64,000 nt of DNA from the NCBI RefSeq assembly GCF_009914755.1, contig NC_060931.1; one strand, 5' to 3'. Below, piece after piece: positions 30,530 through 44,418 of this stretch; position 1 is the stretch's first letter; every line of letters starts with the position of its first letter. The position numbers were made by a program, and so were the translations under genes. A model generated the notes under the pieces. It worked only from the letters and a program-made list of their open reading frames with translations, was not told where the DNA came from and made no database searches. The DNA comes from the human T2T-CHM13v2.0 reference genome, Homo sapiens.

Positions 30530-32317
30530 AAATACACAAAATCTCATTTACAATAGCATCGAAATGACTAAAATACTTAGGATCACATTTAACCAATAAG
30601 ATTTGCACACTGAAAGCTATAAAACATTGATGAAAGAAATTGAACACACAAATAAAGTTATCCTATTTTCATTGATTGGAAAAATTAAAATTGATAAAAT
30701 GTCCACACTACCCAAAGTGATCTACAGATTCATGCAATCTCTACCAAAATTCCAATGGCATTTTTCATAGATGTAGAAAAAAATCCCAAAATTTTCATGG
30801 AACCACAAAAGACCTCAAATAGCCAAAACAATCTTGAATTTAAAAACAAAGCTGGTGGCATCACATTTCCTGATTCAAATTGTATTACAAATCTATAGTA
30901 ATCAAAACAGATAAATAGATCAATGTGTCTCTTTTCAATAGAATAGAGAGCCCAAAAATAAATCCATGCATTTATGGTCAACTAATCTTTGACAAGGGCA
31001 CTAAGGATATATAATGGAGAAAGGATAGGTTTTTAAATAGATGGTACTGGGGAAACTGTATATCCAAACACAAAAAAAATGAAACTGGACTCTTATTTTA
31101 TACCATATACAAAAATTAAATCCAAATGGATTTTGATTAAAAAACTTAAATGTAAGACCTGAAACCATAAAATTCCTAGAAAAAAACATGGAGAAAAGCT
31201 CTTTGACGTTGGTCTGGGCAATGATCTTTTGAATATGACCCAAAAAAGCACTGGCAACAAAAGCAAAAACAACAAGTGAGACTACATCAAACTAAAAAGC
31301 TTCTGCACAGAAAAGGGGAAAAAAATCAACAAAATGAAAAGGCAACCTATAAAATGTGAGAAAATATTTGCAAACCATATATCTAATCAGGAGTTAATAT
31401 CCAAAATATATAAGGAACTCATACAATTCATTAGCAAAAAATATAACCCAATTAAAAAGTGGGAAAATAACCCGAATAGACATTTTTCCAAAGAAGACAC
31501 AGAAATGTTCAATAAGTATATGAAAAGGTACTCAACATCACTAACTATCAGGGAAATACAAATCAAAACCACAATGAGATAACCACCACGAGATATCATT
31601 TCATACCGAATAGGATAGTTATTATCAAAGAGACAAAATATAACAAGTGTTGGTGAGGGTTTGGAGGAAAGGGAATTCTAGTACACTGCTGGTGGGAATA
31701 TAAATTGGTATAGCCATTATGGAAAATATTATGGAGGTTCCTTAAAAAATTAAAAACTGAGCTACCATATGATCCAGCAATCCCAGTTCTGGGAATATAT
31801 CCAAAGGAAATGAAATCAGTATCTCAAAGAGATCTCTGCATTCCCATGTTCACTGCAGCATTATTCACAAAGCTAAGATACTGAAACAATCTAAGTGTCT
31901 GTCAATCGATGAATGGATAAAGAAAATGTGGTGTGTGTGTGTGTGTGTGTGTAAATACACAATAGAATATTATTCAGCCATTAAAAAGGAAATCTTGCCA
32001 TTTTCAACAACATAGATAAACCTGCAGAACATTATGTTAAGTAAAATAAGCCAGACACAGACAAACACTGTATGATCTGACTTACATGTGGAATCTAAAA
32101 AAGTTGAACTCATAGAAGCAGAATAGAACAGAATAGAATGGTAGTTGCCAGAGAGTAGGGGTTGAGGTAGAATGGAGGGATGTTCATCAAAGGGTACAAA
32201 TTTTTAGCTGTAAGATGAATAAGTTCTGGGGATCTAATGTACAGTATGTTGACTATTGTTAATAATATTTATTGTATACTTTAAATTTGTTAAGACAGTA
32301 GATCTTAAGTGTTCTCA

Positions 32318-32358
<41 letters not shown>

Positions 32359-32495
32359 GTAAGGTGATAGATGTATTAATTAGTTTATGACAACATTTCC
32401 ATGATTTATATGGATATCAAATCATCAGTTACCCCATAAATATGTATAATTCTTATCTGTCAATTATACCTCAGTGAAGCATGAGGGAAAAAAAA
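30530..32495 (+). mobile_element. L1MA7-9-like LINE-1, 5'-truncated, inserted in an older minus-strand L1ME fragment
   Basis: ORF2 remnant ([16 protein letters not shown]...) and L1MA 3'UTR with (TG)n at ~31932-31952 and (CA)n at ~32319-32356. Older L1M sequence lies at ~30470-30525 and ~32500-32600. Confidence 0.85.
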
Positions 32496-33684
32496 GAAAT
32501 ATTGCCAAGTAGCTTCTCAAAAGGTCATGCAAATTTGCATTTCTATTGGCAGTGTGTGACAGTAGCCATCTCATCATTTCTTTGTCAATGCTGCATTTTT
32601 AACAAAGCTTCCAGGTACTTCAAAACATTTTTGGAAATGAGCAGGAATATTTCCATATTAATAAAAATCAACTCTCCTATCTCCCACTTTCAAATTTCTA
32701 GTCATACAGCAAAGTTACATTCATACCCTAAAGCTGATAATGCAGCTATAGAAAATTTTGATGACTAACAAATCTTATATAATAATAGATGTTTTCCCAA
32801 ATTCCTGTTCTTAATAAAGATCTTTTCCCTTTGGTGATACCACTTATATTTGATACCTCTAGCATGTTAAATAATTTAATAGAATTTTTTAAATGTGCTG
32901 GTAGTTGGAATTGCAATGTTTGGGGGATGATTTTTCTCTAAGATTGAATTTTGGAGGCAAGCTCTAAACAATTATGTAAGCAACTGGAGAGCATTCTCAA
33001 TGATTTTATAAGCTATCATATTGGCTCAGATATGATAATTTACAAAGCGGCCTGAGACCATTTTTGTCTTTAGCTACAAAGGGGTTTCTCTAATATCCTG
33101 ATTGAGCTTTCCTTTGATACTTCACAATTGTCTATAGCTTCACTCCACCACCCCAACAGACCTCCAGAACTCTTTATCAAAACAATAACCTACCTATGGG
33201 GGGCAGAGAGAGAAATTATTAATGATATTTTAAGTTGGACTCACATCAAACAAATTTACCGGCAGAAGAAACAAATACAAGATAATGACTCATCCTACCT
33301 CAACCTTTTTTTTTTTTTGAGTTTTTACTTATTTATTTTTTGTGCAGCATTTCCACTTTTCCAGTAAGAATGAAATATATATGCAAGTACACGTTATGAA
33401 ATATAGTATACTGCACTCCATTGAATGGTTATAGAATAAAAGATTCAAGTTAAAAGAAGCCTCACAAATTTCTAGCCCAATCTTCTTATTTTGCAAATAA
33501 AATCCGTAAAAAGGAAATGATATGACCTGTCTGTGGTCCCAGAGTAACACATGGAAGAGAAAAAATATCAACCAAGGGCTTTTGCTCCACAGTCAGATTT
33601 AGTCACCATGCATCAATTTTGACTTCTCAGCAAGCTCTTAAAAGGATAGTCTACCTATAAAGGCAAATAGTAAATAACAGTTGG

Positions 33685-34045
33685 TATCATTTACTTTATT
33701 AAACACTTTCAATGTGCCAGGCTCTTTGCATAGGTTTTCCCACTTTATCTTTACAACTTCCTCATAGCATGTGGCAACAGAGGAAAGCAATCATTAGGTG
33801 ATTTGCTCAAGGTCACACAGTTAGGAAACAATATACACAAGGACTGGGACCTAGAGTGTGCTACTCAAAGTGTGGTCCATAGACTATCTGATTAGAAATC
33901 CCAAATTTCAGGCCCCATCCCAGACCTAATGTTCATAGTCTTCCCTTTAAAAAGATCCCCCAGTGATTCACACACACATTCAAATTTGAGCAGCACTGGA
34001 AAATCCAAAGCCTGTTTTTTTTAACCATTTCACAGTACTGCCTCT
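33685..34045 (-). mobile_element. MIR interrupted by a MER5A1/MER5B-like MITE (~33857-33998)
   Basis: MIR ATTTGCTCAAGGTCACACAG, then GTGCTACTCAAAGTGTGGTCC...GAGCAGCACTG, then MIR resumes at TCCAAAGCC. Confidence 0.7.
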
Positions 34046-35199
34046 AACCTCTGGAAAAGTCAAAGATACTATTAAAAACTACCGTGTGGACATCACATAA
34101 GTAAGAATTAAATACAGCCCACTGCCTTAAGAACTTTTAAAGATCAACATTCAACTCTAGGAGGAAAACTACAAACAACCAATATCCGAAAACTGCAGAA
34201 TAGTCCATGTTTAGATCTACCAAAGGTCATGTTTACATCAATTCCAACAAGAGCAAAATTTTAATCCACAAACACATAAAGATTCTGATATTGTTATTAA
34301 TGGGAATCTCACAAATATGTGAAAACCAGGAAAACTAGCAAGTTCTTGTGAGATACTTCCATTCTCTCTATCTTGTGAGATACTTCATTCTCTCTATCTC
34401 TTCCATCCTCTCTATCTCAATTTCGTCTCTCCAGATTGGAGGAAGGCAAGGAGTCACACATATTTGAAAAAGAATTTTAAAACCATAATGTTACTTCCAA
34501 GAAAAATTATCACAAATATAATATATTGAGATAGTGTTCTCATTAGGTAATAAAGACTAAAAAAAAAATAAAACTGACAGCAAGTTGGATACAGAAGTCC
34601 CAACCACTGCCCATAGGAACACACCCCAGTTAGTCTTCTTGCCATAATTTCTCCAAAAAAACAACTTGACATTTTTGAATCCATAAATAACACATGGAAT
34701 CTGTAAAGTACAACATAAATAATAGGCCAAAATTATTTACCAGAACTTACAGTGAAAACGCTACAGAGAGGGAAAGAAAAGGCACTAAACTGTACAATTA
34801 ATGTTACAAAGTTACATTAGCACATAAATAATTTCAGTGGCAAGTCATAGGATTCACATGCATATTTTATTACACTGTAAGAAATAATTTTTCAATTTGA
34901 CCCTGATCCTTCTGTGTACTTTGAAGTCTGCAAATCAGCAGTATAGCCTGTAAGTTTAAAGAAATTTAGAAAGAATTGTGAAGTTAAAAGGTACTTTTGA
35001 TGTTTGTTCTTTTTCTCCCATCACAACGGCATTTGATACAACCAAAGAAAAGTGGAAAATGTTAATGCCCAAGAAATTTCCATTGCAGGCATATTCATTT
35101 AACCCTTTATGACCACGGCCTGTCATAGGTCAAAGGTTAACACAAGTTCTCAGTGTTCTTAGTTCCCAGGCCCTGTCACCCTCCTCCTCTTTTTAATAA

Positions 35200-36150
35200 C
35201 TCTCAATATTATCACTGAACCTCCTTCCTGCATACTGTTGCAATCAGCTCCCAACTTCTCTTCCTGTCTTTTCCCCCCTCATTTTACACAGTGTTTCAGG
35301 CTGAATCTTCTGAAGCACAGCTCAGATCACAGTACTCCCCTGCTCAAAAACCTTCAGTGGCTCCCCTTTATCTGCCAAAGGAAATTCACGCAACCTAACT
35401 CTCAGGGCCTTTTATAATATGGTCCCAACTACCTTTCCAATTTATTTCCCATGGTTCCTACATGCAAACCTTAATTGCAGGTCATACTGAATCTTTGCTA
35501 TTTGCCACCTCACAACTTTTTCCTTTCTTGACTTTGCTTATAGCAAGGTTGATATAGAGCACAGACCTGAGAGCTAGACTGGCATGTTTGAATCCCAGAT
35601 TGACCTCTTGGTAGCTGTGTGGCTTTGGGCAAGTCATTTAGACTCTCTGTGCATCAATTTTCTCATATGCAAAATGGTGACAGTACCCATCTTACAGGAG
35701 TGTTAGGAGGAACACTTGAGTTAATAAAGTATAGGCTGAGTGTAAACATATGAGGTTTGCTGTCATTGCTACTATTACTGTTTTCCTCCTAAATTCTCAA
35801 CTGCTTACCCTCACTCCCCGTTCTCTCTCAAATGTGAATGTTTTTCTCCTCCTATCTCTGTGTTCAAATCCACCCTTCAAGATCCAGCTCAAATGAGACC
35901 TTTTCCATGAATTCATCTCAATTGCTCTTAAGGAATGCCTGGCATTTTAATAGGCAATGAAAATGATTTGTTAAAGAATATGATTTAGCACTGACCATTC
36001 TGTATGGTAAATGCCAGATTACAGGTCTTTCTCCTCGACTGAACTCAGCCGAGGTCAGCCACAGCTGTACCTCCAGCGCTGGCCCAATAAGCATCAGTCC
36101 CTAGCATCCCTAAATAAATGCCCATTCATGAATAAATAAATAAAGTTGAA
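35200..36150 (+). mobile_element. L2 fragments interrupted by a MIR (~35545-35770)
   Basis: L2 CTCCCCTGCTCAAAAACCTTCAGTGGCTCCCC; MIR AGCTGTGTGGCTTTGGGCAAGTCATTT; L2 CCTTCAAGATCCAGCTCAAATG. Confidence 0.65.
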
Positions 36151-36212
36151 TTCCTCTAGCATCATATTTGCACTTACTTCATGTCCATTTTCTCTTATTA
36201 TATTAATTAGGG

Positions 36213-36246
<34 letters not shown>

Positions 36247-36361
36247 AATTACTAACATATTATATTAATCGGTAAGATCCATATTTGACTTACCTTTATA
36301 TTTCTGGTGACCAGCACTAACTCATATATAGTAGATGCTTAATTTAAAAGAAAGGTGGCAA

Positions 36362-36681
<320 letters not shown>

Positions 36682-38141
36682 AAAAGAAAGGTGGCAGAGA
36701 GAAATGAAGTAGAGAAAGGAAGGGAGGAGGGACTATGTCAAACACTATTGCTAATGTATTGCGTGAAGAATTCCCCTTTTGCTGATTCCCACTGTCAGAA
36801 TGCCTCTATCCAGACCAACAGAAAATTCATTATGCCATAAAAATTAACTTTATTATGCAAGATTTCTCCAGATTCCAAAGCATATGCCAGCCACATTGCC
36901 AAGGATTTTTTTACAAGCCTCCATCCCAACTTATTATCTCCTTATAAAAAGAAACAAGGGGTAGAGAGTATGTCTCCACAAAATGGAAAAACCCTCAAAG
37001 AGGTTTTTTTTTTTCTGTTCCTTTACCTTGTGGGCAATTCTTATGGTGTGTAACTGTCCCATGGCTCAAGGTTAGAGCAGGGATTTCTCTTTCTCCCATC
37101 CCTACTATGTAATTCAAACATCCTGCATACTCCTTCATCTGGAATGCTTCTGGCAGCCAGCTAAACAAGATTGTTCTGGGATTTCCAAGGCTCAGAGAAA
37201 ACTATGCCAGCCAGCAAGGTGAAGGATGTGGGAGAGAAGGCTCCTCAATTCTACTCCATTCAGAATACCTCTCTCCAGCAGGGATGACCCTGAGATGCTG
37301 CTACCCCTTCCAGACACTATTACAAAGTCAGAAGGCAGAGGCTGAGAATATACCCAAGACCTTTCAACAGAGTTCTCATCACAGCCTCCTCAGGGACTCC
37401 AAGAACAAACTCCAGTTGGTACTGCCAAATACAGGACAGTCAAGAGGACTTTCAAGGAAGACAAGAAGAAAACATGCTGCTTGTTTCAACATTAGCACCT
37501 GACATGTAGCCAAAGTATCATAAAGAAAAGTAGTAGAAGACTTCAAGAATATGTCTACAATGAAAATTGGTAGACAGAGAGTACTATAGTGATAATGAAC
37601 ATAGAATATGGTGCCAGGCCTACCTGGTCATAATCCACTCTGCCTCTTACTTACAATATAACTGTGGCATTTACCTAAACTCTGTGAGCCTCTGTGAGTT
37701 ATTATGATTTCATAAAATAATGTTTATAGTATGCTATGCATAGAGCAAACACCAAATAAGTGATAGCTACCAATAAGAAGACCAATATAAAACAATGATT
37801 CTTAGAAGACAGCTATCTTGTTCACAGCCATAAAATGTTATCCTTGTGAAATCAAGATTTGTTATCATTTATTCTGCCCAATCTGCCAAAATACGATATT
37901 TTTATTCACTGATCAAGCATTTATTCAAGCAAATTAATCAAACATAAAAAAATTTTGAATAATAAAACATAATATGTAGATTCAAAATAAAATCTGATAC
38001 TTAAATGAGTATTTCTAAAGACTATGCAGGTGAATCTTTTTAAATTTTTCATAAAGTTATCTCTAAAATTATTTTCTTACTAATTTACCATTGCTTTTTA
38101 TCATAAATGTCAGGGGATAGGAGAAACAATATGCCAGTCTG

Positions 38142-38438
38142 GGCCAGGCATGGTAGCTCATGCTTGTAATCCCAGCACTTTGGGAGGCTAAGGCAGGAGA
38201 ACTGCTTGAGGCCAGGAGTTGAAGACCAGCCTGGGCAACAGAATAAGACCCATCTCTACAAAAAATTTAAAGATTAGCTGGGTATGGTGGTGAATGCCTG
38301 CAGTCCTAAGCTACTTGGGCAGCTGGGGCTGGAGGATCTAAGAGTTTCAGGCTACAGTGAGTTATGATTGTGCCACTGCACTCCAGCCTGGGTGACAGAG
38401 CAAGACCTTGTCTCTAAAGAATGAACAAATGAATGAAT
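38142..38438 (+). mobile_element. AluJ, full length
   Basis: GCTTGAGGCCAGGAGTT...CCTGGGCAACA (J-type). Degenerate TSD ATGC(C/G)AGTCT. Confidence 0.9.
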
Positions 38439-38943
38439 ATTTTTAAATGCGAGTCTGAACATTTTTTATCTAAGTCAATTAAAATACTAGTCATTGAAAT
38501 CAAACAATTGAACACTAACTGATGATATAGCATCTCTTAACAGTTCACATTTTCCGTGTAGCAGCAACCAAGGAACTTTTCTCTGCTATTGGCTACCCTA
38601 GTTTTCTTCTACCCTTCTTGAGCCATGGAATTTTTCCGGTAGTCCCCAACTTTACCCCCACTGCTTCTATCTTTGTGGCTTTGCCCTCTTTTATCGCCTA
38701 ATAAGGCTGGATAGCACTTTGATTCCTCACCGTCTAACACACGGCACTTTAATTTTGAGGATAGAGAATGGCTAACATAAAGTATTCCTATAATTTATTA
38801 GGCTTACTGTATTGTATGCTGTGGTCACTTAAAAAGAGGACTATAATACTATATATAACACATTCAGAAATGTTGTATAAAGACCCTTTTTGAATTCATA
38901 AATCTTTTCTTATACAGCCAGATTATCATAAAATGTATGTGTG

Positions 38944-39339
<396 letters not shown>

Positions 39340-41578
39340 TCAACAAAAATAAATGTTCCTCATTAGCAAATAATTCTTTGTTTTTCAGTGAGCAATGCTA
39401 CCAAAATGACAAGTTAAGATTCTTGAATTGTTCAGTCCTTACATTTCAGTAAATGCATCAAATAGATGGTTTAACTTAGAGGGTTATTCCAGCAATTAGC
39501 CTGAGTTCCTCAAAATAATAAAAAATTATGAAAATTCAATTATTTTTATATACTTGCTAAAATAGAGGGAAAGGGCCATGCTCACCCTGAAACTAAGTTC
39601 TCCCTTTTAAGGGGAGGATGATAACATTAGTCACCAGCTTACAAAACTTATCAGAAGATTTGAAATGATCTAAAGGGGTCCTCCAAGACCATCCAGAAAA
39701 GGGACACTATTTATTTGAACAATTACTCAGTCACATTTTACTGTAAAAGTTACATCACAGGCTCTATATATTGGCCTGCACAGGATTCCCTTGTATGCCC
39801 AATGAAACAAAAACAACCCAGCTTCTGCTGCTGCTATTATAATTGGCTCTTTAGTCTTCCCTCCCAGTTAGCACATCTTCCCATGAAAGATATTGAACCT
39901 ACTTGAAGTTGTCTAAAATCCTTTAGAAAAATACGGATTTTGGTGGAAGCAACCTGCCAATAATATTGAGCAAGCTAAATAAAGAAAAAGAGCTAAGCAA
40001 GGTTGGCCCGTATCCAAGCATTGAATGCACTGTCGATGTGGCAAGGCATCATCAAGTTCAAAAGATCATCTCCTCAGTCGCAGAAAAGCTAGGTTCAAAG
40101 TGAATGTTCCAAGGAAGCTAATTTCATGTTTGCATTTAATCTCCATATTAAAGAAACATCAGACAAGTGGTATTTAGAGGAACTCTACAGCTAAATCCAA
40201 GTTCTGGGACTCAAACTATGTTTACCTTTTGGGAGAATAGCCATTCGGGAGAATGAACAATAAATACAGATATATTTTTACAAAGGATATTACATTTCTC
40301 TACACTTTGCACTCCCAGAAGAAGAAAATAAGAGGATTCTGTTTCCTGACATACCATACTAGCCAAATTCATCAGTCATTGGAGATTATTCTATTCGATA
40401 CATATTTCTTTAGGGACTGCCTGGCTCTCTTTCCCTTCTGGAATTCCAAATGTGCCAGACTGCAGCATCTTCTTCTCATCAAAGTATAAAACATTCCCGG
40501 ACAGGTAAAATAGTCCCTGTCACATGACTTTTACCTTAGATATTTGTATTTCCTATGTAATTTTAATGTATCTATAAATCAAAAGCATCTACTAGAAGCG
40601 AAAAGTGGACCTGGGTTTTGCTGATATTTTGTGGTGCTAGATTTGGGGACTGTTACTGCATGTCTAAACATTTTACATCTTCAAGGTGGCTTGTATGTCG
40701 TCTGAATCTTACTAAACTGACAATGGCCACCATAGGACTAGATTTTTATGCAGAAAATTTTGACACTAACAGCAAAATGACTTTTATTGAAACAGGCATT
40801 CACACTGAAAAATGGGGATTGCACCAGGAAAAATTCTTGAGCAAAGCTTTCTAATACATACAGTTACTTGAGTCAATTAAGCCTACCCAATATTCTGCTT
40901 TCCAGTCTCTAGGTTTATCCACCTACGAGGTCTAGCCAACTTCAAAAGCCTGGTCCGATGGCCATTCCCAGGGTGTAAGCCAAGAGTAGGCCTTGCTGGG
41001 TATGACTCAGTAGGAAGCCATTACTATAGCAGCATATAATATTTTCACATACAAGCAGAAGAAAAGAGAACAGATTTTGTTTAATGATTTTTCCCAAGTT
41101 TTTAGGAAGAGGGAAAAAAGTAAATATAATTTTTATTCAGCCATACAGGAAAGGGAAACATTTACCCTAAAACCAAAGAAAGAAAAACAAAAGGTGGAAC
41201 CCAGCCTTTATACCTTATCCTTTTCCACAAAGAATTGAGACATTTTACAGATAAGAGTAGAGAACACTGTAGAGGAAAATTTTAATGAAGTGACAAGTTG
41301 TACCAGGAATAAAGAATATAATTTAACCCACATAGCCACTGTGGCTAAGCACCATGCTTCTTCCCAACTGAATTAAAAGAGGTATAGGATAGTCAAGTAA
41401 TTCTCAATATCAGTGAATAGGAAATATACTAGTACTTCAGTGGAAGCAAATATTTCCCTGCCACTAATCTTTAAGAAAATTGTATGTGAGACTTCTTGAG
41501 AGTACTCTAACTGAGGTGATAGAGAAGGTTTCTGATGACATCCTCAAGGCAAATGTGACAATAGATAGATTTTATAGG

Positions 41579-42020
41579 TATATCAATCATGGTTCTCCAA
41601 AGAAATAAATCCAATGGGAGATATACTTTCAAGGAATTGGTTCATGCCATTGTGGAGTCAAAATTTGCAAGGCAGTACTGCAGACTGGAAACTCGAGTAA
41701 GAGTTCATGATGTAGCTGTGAGTCTGAAATTTGTAAGGCAGACCAGAAGGCTGGAAACCCAGGCAGAATTTCTGTGTTATAGTCTTGGGGAAGATTTCAT
41801 TTTTCTCCAGGAAACCTCAGTTTTTCGCTTTTAAGGCCTTCAACTGATTGAAAGAGGCTCACCCACGTTATCCAGAGTAATCTCCTTTACTTACATTCAA
41901 CTGATTGTAAATATTAATCACATCTACAAAATGCCTTCACAGAAACATCTACACTAGTGTTTGACCAAACAACTGGGCACCAGAGCCTAGCCAAGCTGAC
42001 ACATAAAATTAACTATCACA
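41579..42020 (-). mobile_element. MLT2 (C/D-like) ERVL solo LTR
   Basis: GGTTCTCCAAAGAAA...AAGGAATTGGTTCATGC...GACACATAAAATTAACTATCACA. Perfect 5-bp TSD ATAGG at 41574-41578 and 42021-42025. Confidence 0.88.
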
Positions 42021-42899
42021 ATAGGCCTATATAGCTTCTAACAACATCTCATAAAATTTGAGGGCACACCAGCAGAAAGCAGTGGCATAAGAAGTCAAGG
42101 TAATTTGAGCTGCCACCATAAAGGATTGCTTAAATAAATTATAATATATCTATGCAATGAAACACTATGTAATCTGTAAATGGCATAATCTCAAGTAATG
42201 TTTAATAACAAAAGAAAACATTTCCGATTTAGTAATAAGTAAAAGAAACAGAATTTCTAAGTATATATAACATGAGCATAATCTCTATCATTATAAAATA
42301 AATAAGTTACTAATACATAGAATTAAGAAAGAGAATCTCTGAATCCCATAACTGAGTGTTTTATATTTTATGTTTTAAATAATTGGTGTAAATTACTTTT
42401 ATAATTGAAAAATTTCTTTTTAAAAAATCACCAGTTTGAGATTATAAAATTTAAGATCCTAATACTGACTCGTGCTTAACAGCACATTTAACTCAGCCAT
42501 TCAGAGCCTAGGTTTTCTACAAGTGTTCTTAGATCTAGATTAGACATGAATAAATAGTAGCCTTAAACAATAGCCTTAATGTTCTTTACCATATATGATC
42601 TCCAAAATTATTCAGTTTCAATTGTTTTCAAAGCTGGAGTTACCCATCACAGTAAAAGAAATTGCCAATATTGTTCTGAGGAAATGTCTGGTCTTGAGTA
42701 GGCCTCCAAGAAGCACTTTGATCCTTTAGCTACTGACTGGGATTCAGCAAGGCCACTTAGACAAGTTGCAGCATATCCAGGGCTAGGATAAATGAGTACT
42801 CTTTCCTATGCTCTACGGGCTCTTCCTGGGGAGGTGGGTGACTAGATGGTCTTCTCCCTTTCCACAGATCTGCTATCCTCCCTCCCATGTGGTACTTTA

Positions 42900-44050
42900 T
42901 GGTGTGAGGGTCTTTTTAGGCCTAGGCTCCTCCCTTATGGAAGGCCAGCCTCCCAGGAAGGAATGGCACCCACGAATCAGGGTTTACATTTACTCCCTGT
43001 CATCCAGACCCTGGCACAGATGGAGATAGGCAACCTCCACTGGAGCTAAGGCCTTTTGCTGATTTTTTCTGATTCATAGGACTCTATGGACTCCACAGCA
43101 GAGAGACTCCCAGAAGTAACTTTGGCAAGTGATGGCACACTATAAATTATAATAACCCATCCATTTGGATTGATTTGAGCCTGTCCACAAAGCACATTCA
43201 CCCTCAAAATGTCTTCCCCTCTGATCTGCCCCATTAGCTGAAATTCTCATCAGGATTCACTTGTTTGGGTGAAGATACTATCTCCAGGATAACCATGTTA
43301 AAATGCAAACATATGACTCACAAGGGGCAACATGTTAATTTATCAGAATCTTCTGTACTTTGGAGAGGCAAAAGTAGGAAGTGGAGTGGTCTCCAAAACT
43401 GACCAAGACTTTAGAACTCCATTTATGTGCATCCCTAGCAGATCCATTTTAAAAAGCCCCACGCCAATGATAGATTTCCCATTGGTTCTCCTGTGATAGA
43501 GAGTGACTTTGAAAGGATAAATATTATTTTTCTCCCCCAAAAGCTCCAGCAACTCTGGAAAGATATCACCAGGGTTCACAATTTTACCCTTGCAAGAAGT
43601 AAGTTTCACCTAGATTTGACACCTTGGAAATCCTCCACCCGGTCTGTTTTTTTAGACGGTCAACTAGTGTTGGGTCCTTTTCAAGGAGTAAGATGCATGC
43701 CTCCTGCCATTTTACAATGTTCTCCTGTACTGGATTCCAGGAATCCCAGAGGGCACAGAAAGGGCACCATTGAGCAGTGCAGCTCCATTGTCTCCAAAGA
43801 CTCACAAAGAAGCAACTCAGTGAGTTTTCTGGACTCAGTAACTGCTCACTGCATTTCAAAATGTTCTGGGTGAAGGCAGGTTCTACCACATGCCCTTCAA
43901 GTTTGACTGTTTTTACATTGTGGAACAGACCTAATTTTGCCATGGATAGAAACAATCTGCAGAAAATATCAAGTGAACTGGGTTTCTTAACATGAGATCA
44001 TGCCAGGAATGGAAGCAGTTATTTCCTGTCTAAAAGGAGCCCAAGGCCTT
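42900..44050 (-). pseudogene. Degenerate Ty3/Gypsy-type integrase (MamGyp-like internal region)
   Basis: Colinear minus-strand motifs across frameshifts: FRQEI..LA(H)D (44034-43997), RSVPQC (43932-43915), KWQEA (43712-43698), NPGDIF-PELLELL...KVTLYHRRTNG (to 43478), APCE..MF (~43328-43306), and a weak SWE-G (~42955). They match the Gypsy HHCC finger, KWPEA, DQG..F..YHPQTNG, SPFEL(M)FG and GPY/F motifs. Confidence 0.65.
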
Positions 44051-44418
44051 CAAGACTTCAAGGGCACCATCTCAATCTTCTTAAAAACTGAGCTGCTTGA
44101 GGCCAAAGGAAAACCAAAGTACATTTCCAGTGGTACAAGATGATCATGATACCTACGAGGATAACTATAGGTAAAGAAGGACATCCTAGCCATGCCTTTT
44201 ATCAAATGAGGTAGTATATGCATAAAAAGTACTTAAGAAATGAGTGCGGTAATTGTCTAAGAGCCTTAGCCTTAGTCAAAAGTCACACTGTCTGAACATT
44301 AGATATGGCTAATGTAAGGGAAGAATTTTGCTGCCATTATCTTTAAGAGAATTACTTTGAGACTATCCTTGGGCTTTTCCCCCAGCTCCTTTTTTTGCAG
44401 GGGGTGGGTAATGAAGTG

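Noticed and set aside
43493-43873. 126-aa plus-strand ORF as a gene
   Set aside because: No recognisable domain and a non-ATG start. It is antisense to the integrase remnant.
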